A DNA stretch of 64,000 nucleotides from an uncultured Desulfatitalea sp. (lineage in GTDB: Bacteria > Desulfobacterota > Desulfobacteria > Desulfobacterales > Desulfosarcinaceae), in contig CAXXMB010000002.1 of NCBI GenBank assembly GCA_963668675.2, forward strand, positions 1,856,001-1,920,000, read 5' to 3'. Shown piece by piece: positions 20,432 to 30,830 of this stretch (its first letter is position 1; each line of letters begins with the position of its first letter). Below the pieces are notes generated by a model. That model was not told the DNA's origin. It ran no database searches and saw only the letters and a program-made list of their open reading frames with translations. The position numbers were made by a program, and so were the translations under genes.

Positions 20432-20724
20432 CTTTTCACCTCCCCCCAGGCCTTTTGACTTCTGACGATCTTTTTGCGAACGGTTTGCCAGGTCCCGGTG
20501 CCCAGAAACGATTCATCATAGCGCTCCGACATCTCGGCAGTTCAGCAATGATGTTCGGGTCCATTCGATCTCCTGCATTTCATACGCTGCAAACTGATAT
20601 CCTACATCCTTCCATTAAAGGCGTAAAGGCCGACTTTTGACGACACGACAAGGAGGGCAAAAGGTGGTATGGTGTTCACGCTGTTTTATCGGGTCAACGA
20701 CAACCGGGCAATCCCTTTTTTCTG

Positions 20725-21837
20725 GTGATGCGAGTGAGCCCCTCCTTAAAAATTCTCTTTCTTGAACCCTTTTACGGCGGATCACACCGCGAGTTCGCCG
20801 ATGGGTGGATCGCCCACTCCAGACACAAGATCGACCTGCTCGCCCTGCCGGACCGTTTCTGGAAATGGCGCATGCGGGGGGCGGCACTTCACTTTTTTCG
20901 AAAGGCGGAGGAGCTGGGCAGCTATGACGGATTGATCGCAACCGACCTGATGAGCCTCTCGGACTTCAAGGCCCTTTCCGGCCCCGCCTGCCCCCCCAGC
21001 CTGGCCTATTTCCATGAAAACCAGTTCAGCTACCCCCTGGCGCCGGGCGAGCAGATGGATTTTCAGTTCGGTTTCACCGATATCACCACGGCCTTGGCCG
21101 CAGAGAGGGTGGTGTTCAACTCCCATACCCACCAGGAGGCGTTCTTCAGCGGCATGACCCGTTTTTTGAAAATGATGCCGGACCATGCGCCCAAGTGGGC
21201 TGTCGAGCGCGTTCTCGCCAAGAGTGGCGTTCTCTACCCCGGTTGCCGTTTTGAGGCCGGAAGAATGGATCTCTCCACACCTCCAGCACAGGAACCACCG
21301 CTGATCATATGGAATCACCGTTGGGAGTTCGACAAAAATCCGGAAGATTTCTTTGAGGTGCTGGACGCCATCCTGGCAAATGGTCAAGATTTCCGGCTGG
21401 CCCTTCTCGGAGAGACGAGCCGCACGGTGCCCAAGCCGTTCGAAGCAGCCCGCCAACGCTACGGCCACCGTATCGTGCAATATGGATATGAACCATCGAG
21501 AGAGGCTTACATAGGGTGGCTCAAACAAGGAAACATCGTCGTCAGCACCGCCGTGCAAGAGAACTTCGGCATCTCGGTGATCGAAGCCGCGCGTTACGGC
21601 TGCATCCCGCTGCTGCCCAATCGGCTCTCCTACCCGGAGATTATTCCTGCGGCGTTTCATCCCCAGGTGCTTTACGATAGTCAGAATGCCCTGCGGGAAA
21701 AGCTCACCGCACTGCTTTACGACTACACCTCTTTTCAAGAGCTGCGCATGAACCTGGCCGATGCCATGGGCCGATTCGCCTGGGAAAGCACTATCGAACA
21801 ATTTGATGGGGTTCTCGAAGGATTGCAAAGCCGATGA
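20725..21837 (+). CDS. DUF3524 / GTDC1-like GT4 glycosyltransferase
   Basis: EPFYGGSH, WKWRMRG, YFHENQ, WNHRWEFDKNP, ENFGISVIEA. Confidence 0.85.
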   Translation: MMRVSPSLKILFLEPFYGGSHREFADGWIAHSRHKIDLLALPDRFWKWRMRGAALHFFRKAEELGSYDGLIATDLMSLSDFKALSGPACPPSLAYFHENQFSYPLAPGEQMDFQFGFTDITTALAAERVVFNSHTHQEAFFSGMTRFLKMMPDHAPKWAVERVLAKSGVLYPGCRFEAGRMDLSTPPAQEPPLIIWNHRWEFDKNPEDFFEVLDAILANGQDFRLALLGETSRTVPKPFEAARQRYGHRIVQYGYEPSREAYIGWLKQGNIVVSTAVQENFGISVIEAARYGCIPLLPNRLSYPEIIPAAFHPQVLYDSQNALREKLTALLYDYTSFQELRMNLADAMGRFAWESTIEQFDGVLEGLQSR

Positions 21838-21908
21838 TCATTCGTAGATTGTGTCGTTGATCGGTGAAAACAACACACCGCCGCATGAGGCGGCCTGAGG
21901 TGAAACCC

Positions 21909-23402
21909 ATGTTGCATGCAATTCGAACCGTTCTGCTCCTGCTGGCCCTTGCACTGGTATGCAGTGCCTGCGTCAGCGCACCATCGTCGGTCAGCCAACC
22001 GTCTTGGGACATCAAACATATCGTCACTCAGGCGCAGAACGCAGTGGTCACTGTGATCACCTATGACCTGGATGACCAAATGTCCACCATCGGCAGCGGC
22101 TTTTTTATCTCAAAGACAGGCGTCCTGGTGACCAATCATCATGTTGTTAGCGGTGCCTACAGAGCCGAAATCAAGACCCGAAACGGCCGTCGATATCCCA
22201 TTACCGAAGTGTTGGCCCAAAATCCCCTGGTCGATTTGATCAAAGTACGTGTTCAAATCCCGGCAGACAACGTCACTCCCCTGCCCCTTGCCGACCAGAC
22301 GCCTCTTATCGCCGACCACGTCATTGTCATCGGGAGCCCTTTGGGGTTGGAGCAAACCGTTTCGGAAGGCATCATCTCAGCCGTTCGCAAAATCCCAACC
22401 GCCGGCAACGTATTTCAGCTGACCGCCCCTATATCACAAGGTTCCAGCGGTGGACCGGCCCTAAATTACCAGGGTGAGGCGATCGGTATCGTCTCTTTCC
22501 AGCTGGCCAAGGGCCAGAACCTCAACTTTGCCATTTCCGTTCAATCGTTGCTGCTGCTGCCCGATGAGACGCAACCGCCGTCGCTGACAGAGTGGACCAT
22601 TCGCAATTCGGCCCAGGGGCCGATGCTCGCAACGGCGATGTGTCGCAAAGGTGCCCGTCTCAGCGTCCAAGGCGAATACGAAGAGGCGTTGACCTATTTC
22701 CAAAAAGCCACTGAAGCCAACCCGGAAGATCCGGTGGCCTGGTATGGATTGGGCAGCTGCTATGTGGGCCTCGATCAACCCGATCAAGCCACCGAGGCCT
22801 TCCGTCGCCCGGTAGCCGCCAACCCCGAAAGCGCCGAAGCCCACTTTATCCTTGCCATGTACTACAAAACCGGCTCCCAATATCAAAGTGCGATTGCGCC
22901 CTTGCTGGAAGTGATCCGTATCGACCCGACTCATTCGCAGGCCCTGCTCGAACTGGCCCAGATGTATGGCGAGCTGGGACGAGCGGAAGAAGAGATCGAT
23001 GCCCTTCATCAATCCTTGGCCCTATCACCAAATCACATCCCTGCCTTAATCGGCATGGGAGTAGCGCTAGGCAAAATCAGCCGTTTCAACGAAGCGCTGG
23101 AATATCTACAGCGCGCCAGAGCATTGGAGCCCGATTCGGCCCTCATTCATTACAACATCGGTGTTACCTACCATCGGATGAACAACGCTAGGGAGGAGAT
23201 CCGCGCATACATTACAGCCATCCGCGCCAACCCTCGCATGGCGGCGGCCCACTATAACCTGGGCCTGGCCTTTCTGAGTCAGGGCAGACGCCAGCTGGCG
23301 CTAGGCCAGTATGAAATCCTCAAAACGCTCAAACCGGACATTGCCGACCGGCTGTTCGAAAAGATCTACCCCCAGGATGAGGAAAGCGAAAGGAAACCTT
23401 AG
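21909..23402 (+). CDS. Lipoprotein: trypsin-like serine protease domain plus TPR repeats
   Basis: Lipobox-like CSAC; catalytic triad TNHHV / DLI / GSSGGP; C-terminal TPRs. Start codon uncertain. Confidence 0.85.
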   Translation: MLHAIRTVLLLLALALVCSACVSAPSSVSQPSWDIKHIVTQAQNAVVTVITYDLDDQMSTIGSGFFISKTGVLVTNHHVVSGAYRAEIKTRNGRRYPITEVLAQNPLVDLIKVRVQIPADNVTPLPLADQTPLIADHVIVIGSPLGLEQTVSEGIISAVRKIPTAGNVFQLTAPISQGSSGGPALNYQGEAIGIVSFQLAKGQNLNFAISVQSLLLLPDETQPPSLTEWTIRNSAQGPMLATAMCRKGARLSVQGEYEEALTYFQKATEANPEDPVAWYGLGSCYVGLDQPDQATEAFRRPVAANPESAEAHFILAMYYKTGSQYQSAIAPLLEVIRIDPTHSQALLELAQMYGELGRAEEEIDALHQSLALSPNHIPALIGMGVALGKISRFNEALEYLQRARALEPDSALIHYNIGVTYHRMNNAREEIRAYITAIRANPRMAAAHYNLGLAFLSQGRRQLALGQYEILKTLKPDIADRLFEKIYPQDEESERKP

Positions 23403-23403
23403 C

Positions 23404-23652
23404 ATGGATAGTGATCATCAATGCGTACCTGACTCCGAAATATTGCTGACACTGGCCAGAACCAAGATGCCCTTTGGCCGCTACCGCGGCCGTCTGCTCA
23501 TCGATCTGCCCGAGCCCTATATCGTCTGGTTTGCCCAGAAAGGATTTCCGTCCGGGTCGCTGGGCGAACTGCTGCGAATGGTTTACGAAATCAAGGTCAA
23601 TGGCCTTGAGTATCTTTTCAACCCCCTCAGGATTTCGGAGAGCAAGGATTGA
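23404..23652 (+). CDS. DUF3820-family protein
   Basis: MPFGRYRGRLLIDLPEPY..YEIKVNGLE. Confidence 0.85.
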   Translation: MDSDHQCVPDSEILLTLARTKMPFGRYRGRLLIDLPEPYIVWFAQKGFPSGSLGELLRMVYEIKVNGLEYLFNPLRISESKD

Positions 23653-23661
23653 TCCTGTCCC

Positions 23662-24591
23662 TTAATACTGTTTTCGCCTGCCGAATACCGATCCCAACAC
23701 GTTGAAGGTGTTCTCAACCACGAATAGGGCGTTCTGGTCGACGGTAAACACCACCTCTTCCAACTGCTTGAGATTGATATTGTTGGTGATGGTCATCAGG
23801 ATATCCTGATCCCTGCCGCTGTAAGCGCCTTTGGCCTTGATGATGGTTGCCTGCCAGCCGCGCTCGAGCAGCGCTTTGGCGATTTGGCAATTGGCCTGGC
23901 TGATGATGAGGGCCATCTTGCGCTGGCTGAACATGGAGAGGACGTAGTCGAGCGAAACGGATGAGACAAAGACAAAAATGACCGAGGCCACAAACAGATC
24001 GATCGACAGGTGGGTCAGTGAGATGGAGAAGAGTGCCACGTTGAACAGCAGATAGAACTTGCCAATACCGATACCGAATTTTCTATTGAGCAGTATGGCG
24101 ACCACATCCAATCCGCCGCCAGAGCCGAGGGATCGCAGAATGATGCCGGAACCGGCACCACAGATGACGCCACCGGCCAGCGCCGCATAAATCTGCTGGG
24201 TGATCCCCAACGAGTGGTCGATGGCTTCGTAACAGATCGTAACGGTGACAATGGAGAGCAGGCTGTAGAGAAGAAATCTCCGGCTGATAAAAAACCACGC
24301 CAACACGAAGAGCGGCAGATTGAACAGCAGACTCCAGATGCCCGGGCTGAGAATATCCGTCAGATAATAAAAAAGAAGGCTGGACCCGAAAATGCCCCCT
24401 GTGATAAAGCCGTGTTCAAACACTACAGCCTTTGCGCCATAGGCAAAAAGGGCCGAACCGGAGACAATTAAGATAATATTCCAAAATGGCGTATAGGCCA
24501 GATCTTTTAAGGGAAACCGCCGCAACCATTTTGCATACGACGCAACCTTCAAACCCTGCCCCTGAGTCGCTGATATTACCGATTCAGACAT
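23662..24591 (-). CDS. YitT-family membrane protein
   Basis: TGGIFG, GSGGGLDVVA, GAYSG, VDQNALFVV. Confidence 0.88.
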   Translation of the reverse strand: MSESVISATQGQGLKVASYAKWLRRFPLKDLAYTPFWNIILIVSGSALFAYGAKAVVFEHGFITGGIFGSSLLFYYLTDILSPGIWSLLFNLPLFVLAWFFISRRFLLYSLLSIVTVTICYEAIDHSLGITQQIYAALAGGVICGAGSGIILRSLGSGGGLDVVAILLNRKFGIGIGKFYLLFNVALFSISLTHLSIDLFVASVIFVFVSSVSLDYVLSMFSQRKMALIISQANCQIAKALLERGWQATIIKAKGAYSGRDQDILMTITNNINLKQLEEVVFTVDQNALFVVENTFNVLGSVFGRRKQY

Positions 24592-24750
24592 AATCTTATC
24601 TACCTGTTTTTTCTAATTATTTATAAACTCAAACAACAAATCGGCGCAAAAGTATGGGCCTGTCGCTTTATTGTCAAGCGTAATCGCTCAACGACACTAC
24701 AGTCGTGTTCTTTTAGGTGATCAACAGATCCCAAAAAATGGTGAGAGCAT

Positions 24751-25053
24751 CTATCCGTTTCCCTTGTACATATCGATAGCCGTCAGGCCCTCCTTGCCGG
24801 CGGCCAGACCATAATAGGCAGAGTTGACCAGCTTGAGCAGCTTGTTGGTCAGGGCGTAATCGTTGAGAATGACATTGGCCAGGTCCGAGGCGTCGCTTGC
24901 ATCCTGGCAGGCTGAAAGTTTTTGATTTATCTCGATAAGGTACTTGAAGATGCTGGGGAACTCTTCACTTTGGCGAATCCGCTTAACCGTGCGCTCCAGA
25001 TCTGTTTCAGCAGTCGTCTTATTTGTTTTGGAGGGGATCGCTTTCGAAACCAT
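24751..25053 (-). pseudogene. Truncated HDOD-domain gene
   Basis: LANVILNDYALTNKLLKLVNSAYYG, then an unrelated tail and a stop at 100 aa. Confidence 0.7.
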
Positions 25054-25261
25054 CTACATTTCCCGGGTTTGCACAGATATCAAGTTTTTGAACACAACGC
25101 CGGTGCAAATCGATCAGCGCATATGCCAGACATCTGGTTCTACTATCGGCACTAATGCAATATGAGTTGATGATTTTCTCAGATTAGCCGATCCCTCATA
25201 AGGGCTTACGGGCTGATAGAGAATGGTGGCGCAAAAGCGCTCTATTGTTTCGTCGAAACCC

Positions 25262-26056
25262 CTAAAATTTAAGCGCCCCTCCACATACACTGAGGCACTG
25301 TCCGGTGACGTAATCGCCCAGGTCTGTGACGAAAAACTCCACCACTTTGGAGATATCGTCGGGCTGGGCCAGCCGGTTGAGTGCGATGCGGTATTGTCTG
25401 GCCGGATCGGCCATCTTGCTGTAGACGTTTTTATCCAGCCGGGGGGTGCTGACGTAGGCGGGGGCGATGCAGTTGACGGTAATACCAAACGGCCCCAGCT
25501 CCTGGGCAAGGTAGCGTGTGTATTGGATAATGGCGGCCTTGGCCGTGCCGTATGATGCGTAAACCCCGTTTTTCTGGGCCTGCAGCCCGGCCTGGGAGGC
25601 GGTGTTGACGATGCGCCCCCACCCATTGCGCTTCATGGGCTCCGCCACGGCCTGGCAACAGTAGATGGTGGACATCAGGTTACGCTCGAAGGTGGCCTGC
25701 AGGTCCGCCTCGGACACCGAGGCGGCGAAGCTATCCTTAATCTCTCCGGCGATGCCTCCGGCATTGTTGACCAGGATGTCGATCCGGCCGAAACGGTCCA
25801 GGGTGCGAGCGACCATATCGGCAGCCTGATCGTGCTTACCGGCATGGCACTCGATGCCCAGCGCCTTTACCCCCAACGCCTCTACCTGATCGATCACATT
25901 GCCGCGATCGGCCTCCTCCTCATAGACCTTGTAAGAGGCCAGGTCCACATCGTTGATCACGATATCGGCCCCCAGACGGGCCAGCCGCAGGGCATGGGCA
26001 CGGCCGATTCCCCTGGCCGCCCCGGTGATCAGGGCCACTTTACCTTTGAGCTTCAT
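25262..26056 (-). CDS. Short-chain dehydrogenase/reductase
   Basis: TGAARGIG, NNAG, YGTAK. Confidence 0.92.
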   Translation of the reverse strand: MKLKGKVALITGAARGIGRAHALRLARLGADIVINDVDLASYKVYEEEADRGNVIDQVEALGVKALGIECHAGKHDQAADMVARTLDRFGRIDILVNNAGGIAGEIKDSFAASVSEADLQATFERNLMSTIYCCQAVAEPMKRNGWGRIVNTASQAGLQAQKNGVYASYGTAKAAIIQYTRYLAQELGPFGITVNCIAPAYVSTPRLDKNVYSKMADPARQYRIALNRLAQPDDISKVVEFFVTDLGDYVTGQCLSVCGGALKF

Positions 26057-26108
26057 CTACGGTGTCTCCTTTGTAATCGCGCTGAAGTGTCACACATCCT
26101 CGTCTTTT

Positions 26109-26345
26109 TTATAAATCCGAGTCCCCCGATTCCTTGGGATTATCAGAGCGGCCCCTTTTCAAAACGGCCAGCAAGGTCGCAGTCAATCCGAGAAGAATCT
26201 CATCGATGAAGGGGATCGCATCGGGTACGACCAGATCCGCCACAAAGAGAAAAGCGGTCAGCGCCAACAGTTTGGGAAAGCGCAGACGCGATGCATAATC
26301 AAGCAGTCGATTAAGGGCGAAGCCGCCCGGACGGTTCTGGTTCAT
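26109..26345 (-). CDS. Small membrane protein (DUF6116-like)
   Basis: RLRFPKL..DLVVPDAIPFIDEILLGL. Confidence 0.7.
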   Translation of the reverse strand: MNQNRPGGFALNRLLDYASRLRFPKLLALTAFLFVADLVVPDAIPFIDEILLGLTATLLAVLKRGRSDNPKESGDSDL

Positions 26346-26358
26346 GGCAGTTGTACCG

Positions 26359-27984
26359 CTAATCCTTCTTTGGGGGTTGAGGGGTGATGCGCACACTGGA
26401 TGTGAACATGCGCGGCACAATCCACAACAGGCCGCCCAGCCCCCTGAGGCGCTTCATGATCCCCTGCCCGCAGAGCAGCGCCAATATGCCGCGCATCCCC
26501 CTGTAAACGGCCGGGCCGTGGGGATGCCACCACAGGTTGCGTTTGACACCGGGCAGATAGTCGTGCACCAGGCATTGCGCCTGGGTCATCTCCATCATGC
26601 CGATGGCGCCGTGGGTGCGGCCAATGCCCGACTGCTTGAATCCGCCCCAGGGCGTCTCAGGCAGGCCGTGGCTCATGAGATGGTCGTTGACCATCACCAC
26701 CCCGGCCTGGAGGAGCCGCGCCAGGCGCTCTCCTTCACGGGCGCTGCGGGTCCAGACGCTGGCCGTCAGCCCAAGGTTGCTGTCATTGGCCAGCGCAATC
26801 GCCTCGTCCATGTCGTCCACAGCCATGACGCCCAGGACCGGTCCGAAGGTCTCCATCCGCATAATGTCCATATGGTGGTCCACACCGGTCAGCACCCTGG
26901 CCGGCATGAAGTGCCCTCCAGCAGCAGCGGGCGCCCGGGATTGAGCGTAGACCACAGCGCCAGCCTGGGTGGCCGCCGCAACCTGTCGCTCGACCTCCTG
27001 CATCTGCCGGTCGGTGGTCATGGCCCCCAGATCCACTTTGTGATCGGTATCCTCGCCGACGCGCAACTGCCGTACCGCCACTGCCAGCGCATCGATAAAG
27101 GGCTGGTAGATCGAACGGTGTACATAGATGCGTTCCACACCACCGCATGACTGGCCGCAATTCTGCAGCCCGGCCCATACCGCCCCGGCCACGGCCCGCT
27201 TCAGATCCGCGTCCGGGCAGACCAGCATGGGATCGTTGCCGCCCAGCTCCAAGACGAGGGGCGTCAACGTTTCGGCCGCCTGGGCCATCAAGGCCTTGCC
27301 CACTGCCACGCTCCCGGTGAACAGCAACTTGTCCACACCCGAATCGAGAAACGCCTTCCCGGCCACCCGGCCCGGCAGATTGAGGTACTGGAACACCCCC
27401 GGGGGAATCGACACCTCTTCGAAACAACGCTCGATGGCGCGCCCCACCAGCTGGGTCTCGCTGGCCGCCTTGAGGATCACAGCATTGCCGGCCAGCAGGG
27501 CCATGACCACTTCGGAGAAGGGGATGGAGAAGGGATAGTTCCATGGCGAGATGATGCCGATCACACCATAGGGCACCCGCACGATCTTGCTCGCCTTGTT
27601 GGCCATGAGCAGCGAGGCCGGCAGCAGCCGGCGATCTTTCAGCATTCCCTTGGCCTTACGGCAGTAGTAATCGGTGGCCATGGCCGCCGGCAGCACCTCT
27701 GCAGCCATGGCATCGGTGCGGGTCTTACCGTTGTCGCTGGAGATGATGCCGGCCAGTTCATCGGCGTGTTCTGCAATGTAGGCGCTCAGGGGGCGCAGCA
27801 GCTTTGCGCGCGCCTTGACCGTCAAGGCCGCCCACGCCGGCTGCGCCGCACGGGCCCGTTCAACAGCCCGCTGCACATCTGCCGAGCTGTTCAGGTGGGA
27901 TTGCCCGACCACCTCACCGTTCACCGGAGAGATGCACCGCGTCTGTTGCGCATCGCGCTGGTCATCGACTCGCTCTTCGCTCAT
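26359..27984 (-). CDS. Aldehyde dehydrogenase
   Basis: SPWNYP, FTGS, ELGGND, catalytic Cys in GQSC, ETFGP. Confidence 0.93.
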   Translation of the reverse strand: MSEERVDDQRDAQQTRCISPVNGEVVGQSHLNSSADVQRAVERARAAQPAWAALTVKARAKLLRPLSAYIAEHADELAGIISSDNGKTRTDAMAAEVLPAAMATDYYCRKAKGMLKDRRLLPASLLMANKASKIVRVPYGVIGIISPWNYPFSIPFSEVVMALLAGNAVILKAASETQLVGRAIERCFEEVSIPPGVFQYLNLPGRVAGKAFLDSGVDKLLFTGSVAVGKALMAQAAETLTPLVLELGGNDPMLVCPDADLKRAVAGAVWAGLQNCGQSCGGVERIYVHRSIYQPFIDALAVAVRQLRVGEDTDHKVDLGAMTTDRQMQEVERQVAAATQAGAVVYAQSRAPAAAGGHFMPARVLTGVDHHMDIMRMETFGPVLGVMAVDDMDEAIALANDSNLGLTASVWTRSAREGERLARLLQAGVVMVNDHLMSHGLPETPWGGFKQSGIGRTHGAIGMMEMTQAQCLVHDYLPGVKRNLWWHPHGPAVYRGMRGILALLCGQGIMKRLRGLGGLLWIVPRMFTSSVRITPQPPKKD

Positions 27985-28003
27985 GCCGCCTCCTCTTGGT
28001 CAC

Positions 28004-28369
28004 TTACCACAAGCGCCAGAACAGCCGTTCTCCACGCTTCTCCGCCCGAACCTTCTCCATATGCCGCAGGGCCGAAAACTCCCGCTGCAGCTCCTCCAGG
28101 GAGATTTCACGCCCCAGTCTCTCCTTAAGCTCCTGCGGCTCGAGGCCGCCGCTCTGCTCCAACAGGGCGACCATCTCCGTCTGGATGGGATTCAGGGTGC
28201 TCGTACCGCCCATTTTTTCCTCAAACGATTTTGCACTGTGCACCGCCCACGGATCGCAGGTCTTCATCGGCGACATAACGTCCATGTAACAATCCTCGCA
28301 CAAGGTGCGTCCCAGATGGTCTCTTTCATCACCGGCCGGAATATCGATCCGGCAACCGTCACATTTCAT
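28004..28369 (-). CDS. Hypothetical protein with a CxxC..CxxC knuckle and a possible winged helix
   Basis: CDGC..CEDC..CDPWAV; AGGAGG RBS. Confidence 0.7.
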   Translation of the reverse strand: MKCDGCRIDIPAGDERDHLGRTLCEDCYMDVMSPMKTCDPWAVHSAKSFEEKMGGTSTLNPIQTEMVALLEQSGGLEPQELKERLGREISLEELQREFSALRHMEKVRAEKRGERLFWRLW

Positions 28370-28619
28370 GATGGGCCTCCTTTTTTTTACTGCCAAAACC
28401 AAAAACGCGATTCGATTGTAACCGCACTGATTCAAATTGGCAAATAGAGTGAAATCGATTACCTGTTCTCTACTATCGACAAGATCTTTTAAAAAAAGTA
28501 AGGTGCGGCGCTGAAACTGCAACGCCTTATCCAATAATCATCCAACGGATCATCCGATTCAGAGTGCCGTGCCGGTCGAAACAGCATCAAACGACCGCCG
28601 CCAATAGAGGAAAGAACCG

Positions 28620-30116
28620 ATGTTATCTCCAGAGAGCACCGCCCCTTTTTCATGGCTGATTGGGCATACAGGCGATGGCTCCGCCTCCATCCTCGATCGA
28701 TTACGCCGCTGGCCGCACCTGGAGCCAGCTTTGAACGACCGCCAGTCCGAGATCGACCAGTGGAAGGAGGCTGTCCGACGTCGAAGATCAGCCGGCCGCC
28801 CCCGGCGGGTGCTCTTCGTCCACGGACAACTGCCCGGCGAGACAGGATCGGGGGTCTACCTGCAGCAGATCGCCGCCGAAGCGATACGCCGCGGCCTGGA
28901 CATGTACGTGCTGTCGGCCGGCTACCGGACACTGAGTGCCGCCGACATCGCCGGCATACCCGACGAACGGATCTTCACCTGCCGCTTTACCATGGCGGAC
29001 CGAACGCCGGTGCCGGGTGCGGTGCGGACCCCCATATCGGGCATGTCGGTGGTGATGCCCTATCCGGTGCTGGCCTACCGGGACCGGACCGAGGCCGAAC
29101 TGCTCGATCTCCTGGCAGTCTTCGGGCGCCACATGGCCGAACTTGTCGCGCGGCTGCAGCCCGATGCGATCCACGTGGACCACCTCTGGTTCCTCAACGG
29201 ATTGGCGCGCCTCATTGCACCCTGGATTCCCCTGGTTGCCGCCTGCCATGGTACAGCCTACAAGCTGATCGTCGACACGCCCCGCCTGCGCGAACTGGTC
29301 GTGCCGTGCGTCTCCAGCGCCGAACATGTGTGCGCCATCTCCCCCGAGACAGTGGCGCAGTGCACGGAGATGTTCGAAGTGCCCGAAGGGCGCATCACCA
29401 TCGAAGGCTACGGATTCGAACCGGATCTCTTTAACTTCAAACCGGTCGACCGCGATAGCGTACTGAAAGCGAACTTCGGTTTTACGCTGAAACCCGGCAG
29501 CCGGCTGGTCGTGGCCGTCGGAAAATTCGTGGACTGGAAAGGCTTCAAAGAATTGGCCCTGGCCATCGGGCACCTCAGGCAGCGGGGGCACGACATCACA
29601 GGCGTGATCGTCGGCGAAGGGGACCCCCAGAGCCGCGCCGACCTGGAAGCCTTTATCGAACGGCAAGGCGTGAAAAACCACCTGTTGCTGCCAGGCAAGG
29701 TGGCGCGAACGGCATTGCCGGATATCTACCGTGCCGCAGACCTCTATGTGCTGCCATCCCATGTGGAACCCTACGGCATGGTGCTGATGGAAGCCCTGGC
29801 CTGTGGAGCGCCGGCCGTGTTCGGCCGCACCGGCGGGCCGCCCTCATTCGTTCCCCAATCGATGTGCGATGAGGGCCTGGCCGTCATGGTCGACCCCATC
29901 CGGCTCTCAGACGATGCAACGCCTCTGCCCAGGGAGAGGGAAGCCTATGCCCAGCGCCTTGCCGACGGTATGGCGACCGTTATGGAGAAGGGCATCGCGA
30001 ACGAAGACCGGCTGCGCATCGCCGAAGCCATACTGCCGCTGAGCTGGGGACGGCTGGTGGACAACCTGATCCGGATTTACGAACGTCTGGTCGCCGAAGC
30101 CGTCCCACCCGTTTGA
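28620..30116 (+). CDS. Glycosyltransferase family 4
   Basis: GSGVY, VGKFVDWKG, EPYGMVLMEALACG. Confidence 0.88.
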   Translation: MLSPESTAPFSWLIGHTGDGSASILDRLRRWPHLEPALNDRQSEIDQWKEAVRRRRSAGRPRRVLFVHGQLPGETGSGVYLQQIAAEAIRRGLDMYVLSAGYRTLSAADIAGIPDERIFTCRFTMADRTPVPGAVRTPISGMSVVMPYPVLAYRDRTEAELLDLLAVFGRHMAELVARLQPDAIHVDHLWFLNGLARLIAPWIPLVAACHGTAYKLIVDTPRLRELVVPCVSSAEHVCAISPETVAQCTEMFEVPEGRITIEGYGFEPDLFNFKPVDRDSVLKANFGFTLKPGSRLVVAVGKFVDWKGFKELALAIGHLRQRGHDITGVIVGEGDPQSRADLEAFIERQGVKNHLLLPGKVARTALPDIYRAADLYVLPSHVEPYGMVLMEALACGAPAVFGRTGGPPSFVPQSMCDEGLAVMVDPIRLSDDATPLPREREAYAQRLADGMATVMEKGIANEDRLRIAEAILPLSWGRLVDNLIRIYERLVAEAVPPV

Positions 30117-30295
30117 CGGATCGCATCTTAAGGGTTAGGCCCTCTTTTCTTCCTTAACCCAACCTAATGATTTTGCTGCATTCACATATGGAGGCGCAGA
30201 CCAGCCTTTGGACGCGCCGGAGCAATTACCCGGATAATTGAGTTATCAACAGCACCAATTAAGTAGGGCATAACCTCTTGGACAAGGAGGACCAA

Positions 30296-30803
30296 ATGGC
30301 AACCCAGACCGCTACAGTTGATCCAATTGACCCGCGCAAAATGGCCCTGCAGATCGCGGGATTGCGCGCCAAGGAAACCCACCTGCCCGAAAACGAGCGC
30401 GTCTTTCAAGATCCCTATGCCGGGCGTCAAGGAGCGTCTTCGGGTCTTCGAGGTCGACCATCCCGCCGCCATCGGTGGATGCTCTGCTGGCATTTATCAG
30501 CAAAGGCTCCGGCCCGGGGAGCTCGCTGGTGGCTGACGTCTTCGACACCAGCGTGATCGCGAGGGGACCTCTTCGTTGAAAGAGGCCCAGGTGCTGCGAC
30601 AGTTCGTCGAGAGTGAGGGCACCCGGCTGCAGTTCGGCATTCAAAGCGGGGAAGCGGAAGCATTCTTCAAAGCGCGCGGGTTCGACTGGGTCACCTGCGT
30701 CACAGCAGCATCATGCAAGGAGCGCTTTTTCATCAACGAGAGCCGGAAGCGACATGTCTCTCCGATGTTCAACTTTGTCCACGCATCGCTCCGGTCCACA
30801 TAG
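30296..30803 (+). pseudogene. SAM-dependent methyltransferase (leucine carboxyl methyltransferase-like) remnant
   Basis: RAKE..FQDPYA, VFEVDHP and EG..QFGI fragments lie in different frames; the GAGxD region is missing; AAGGAGG RBS is retained. Confidence 0.75.
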
Positions 30804-30830
30804 CGCATCCGGACGTTACAAAAAGCAACC

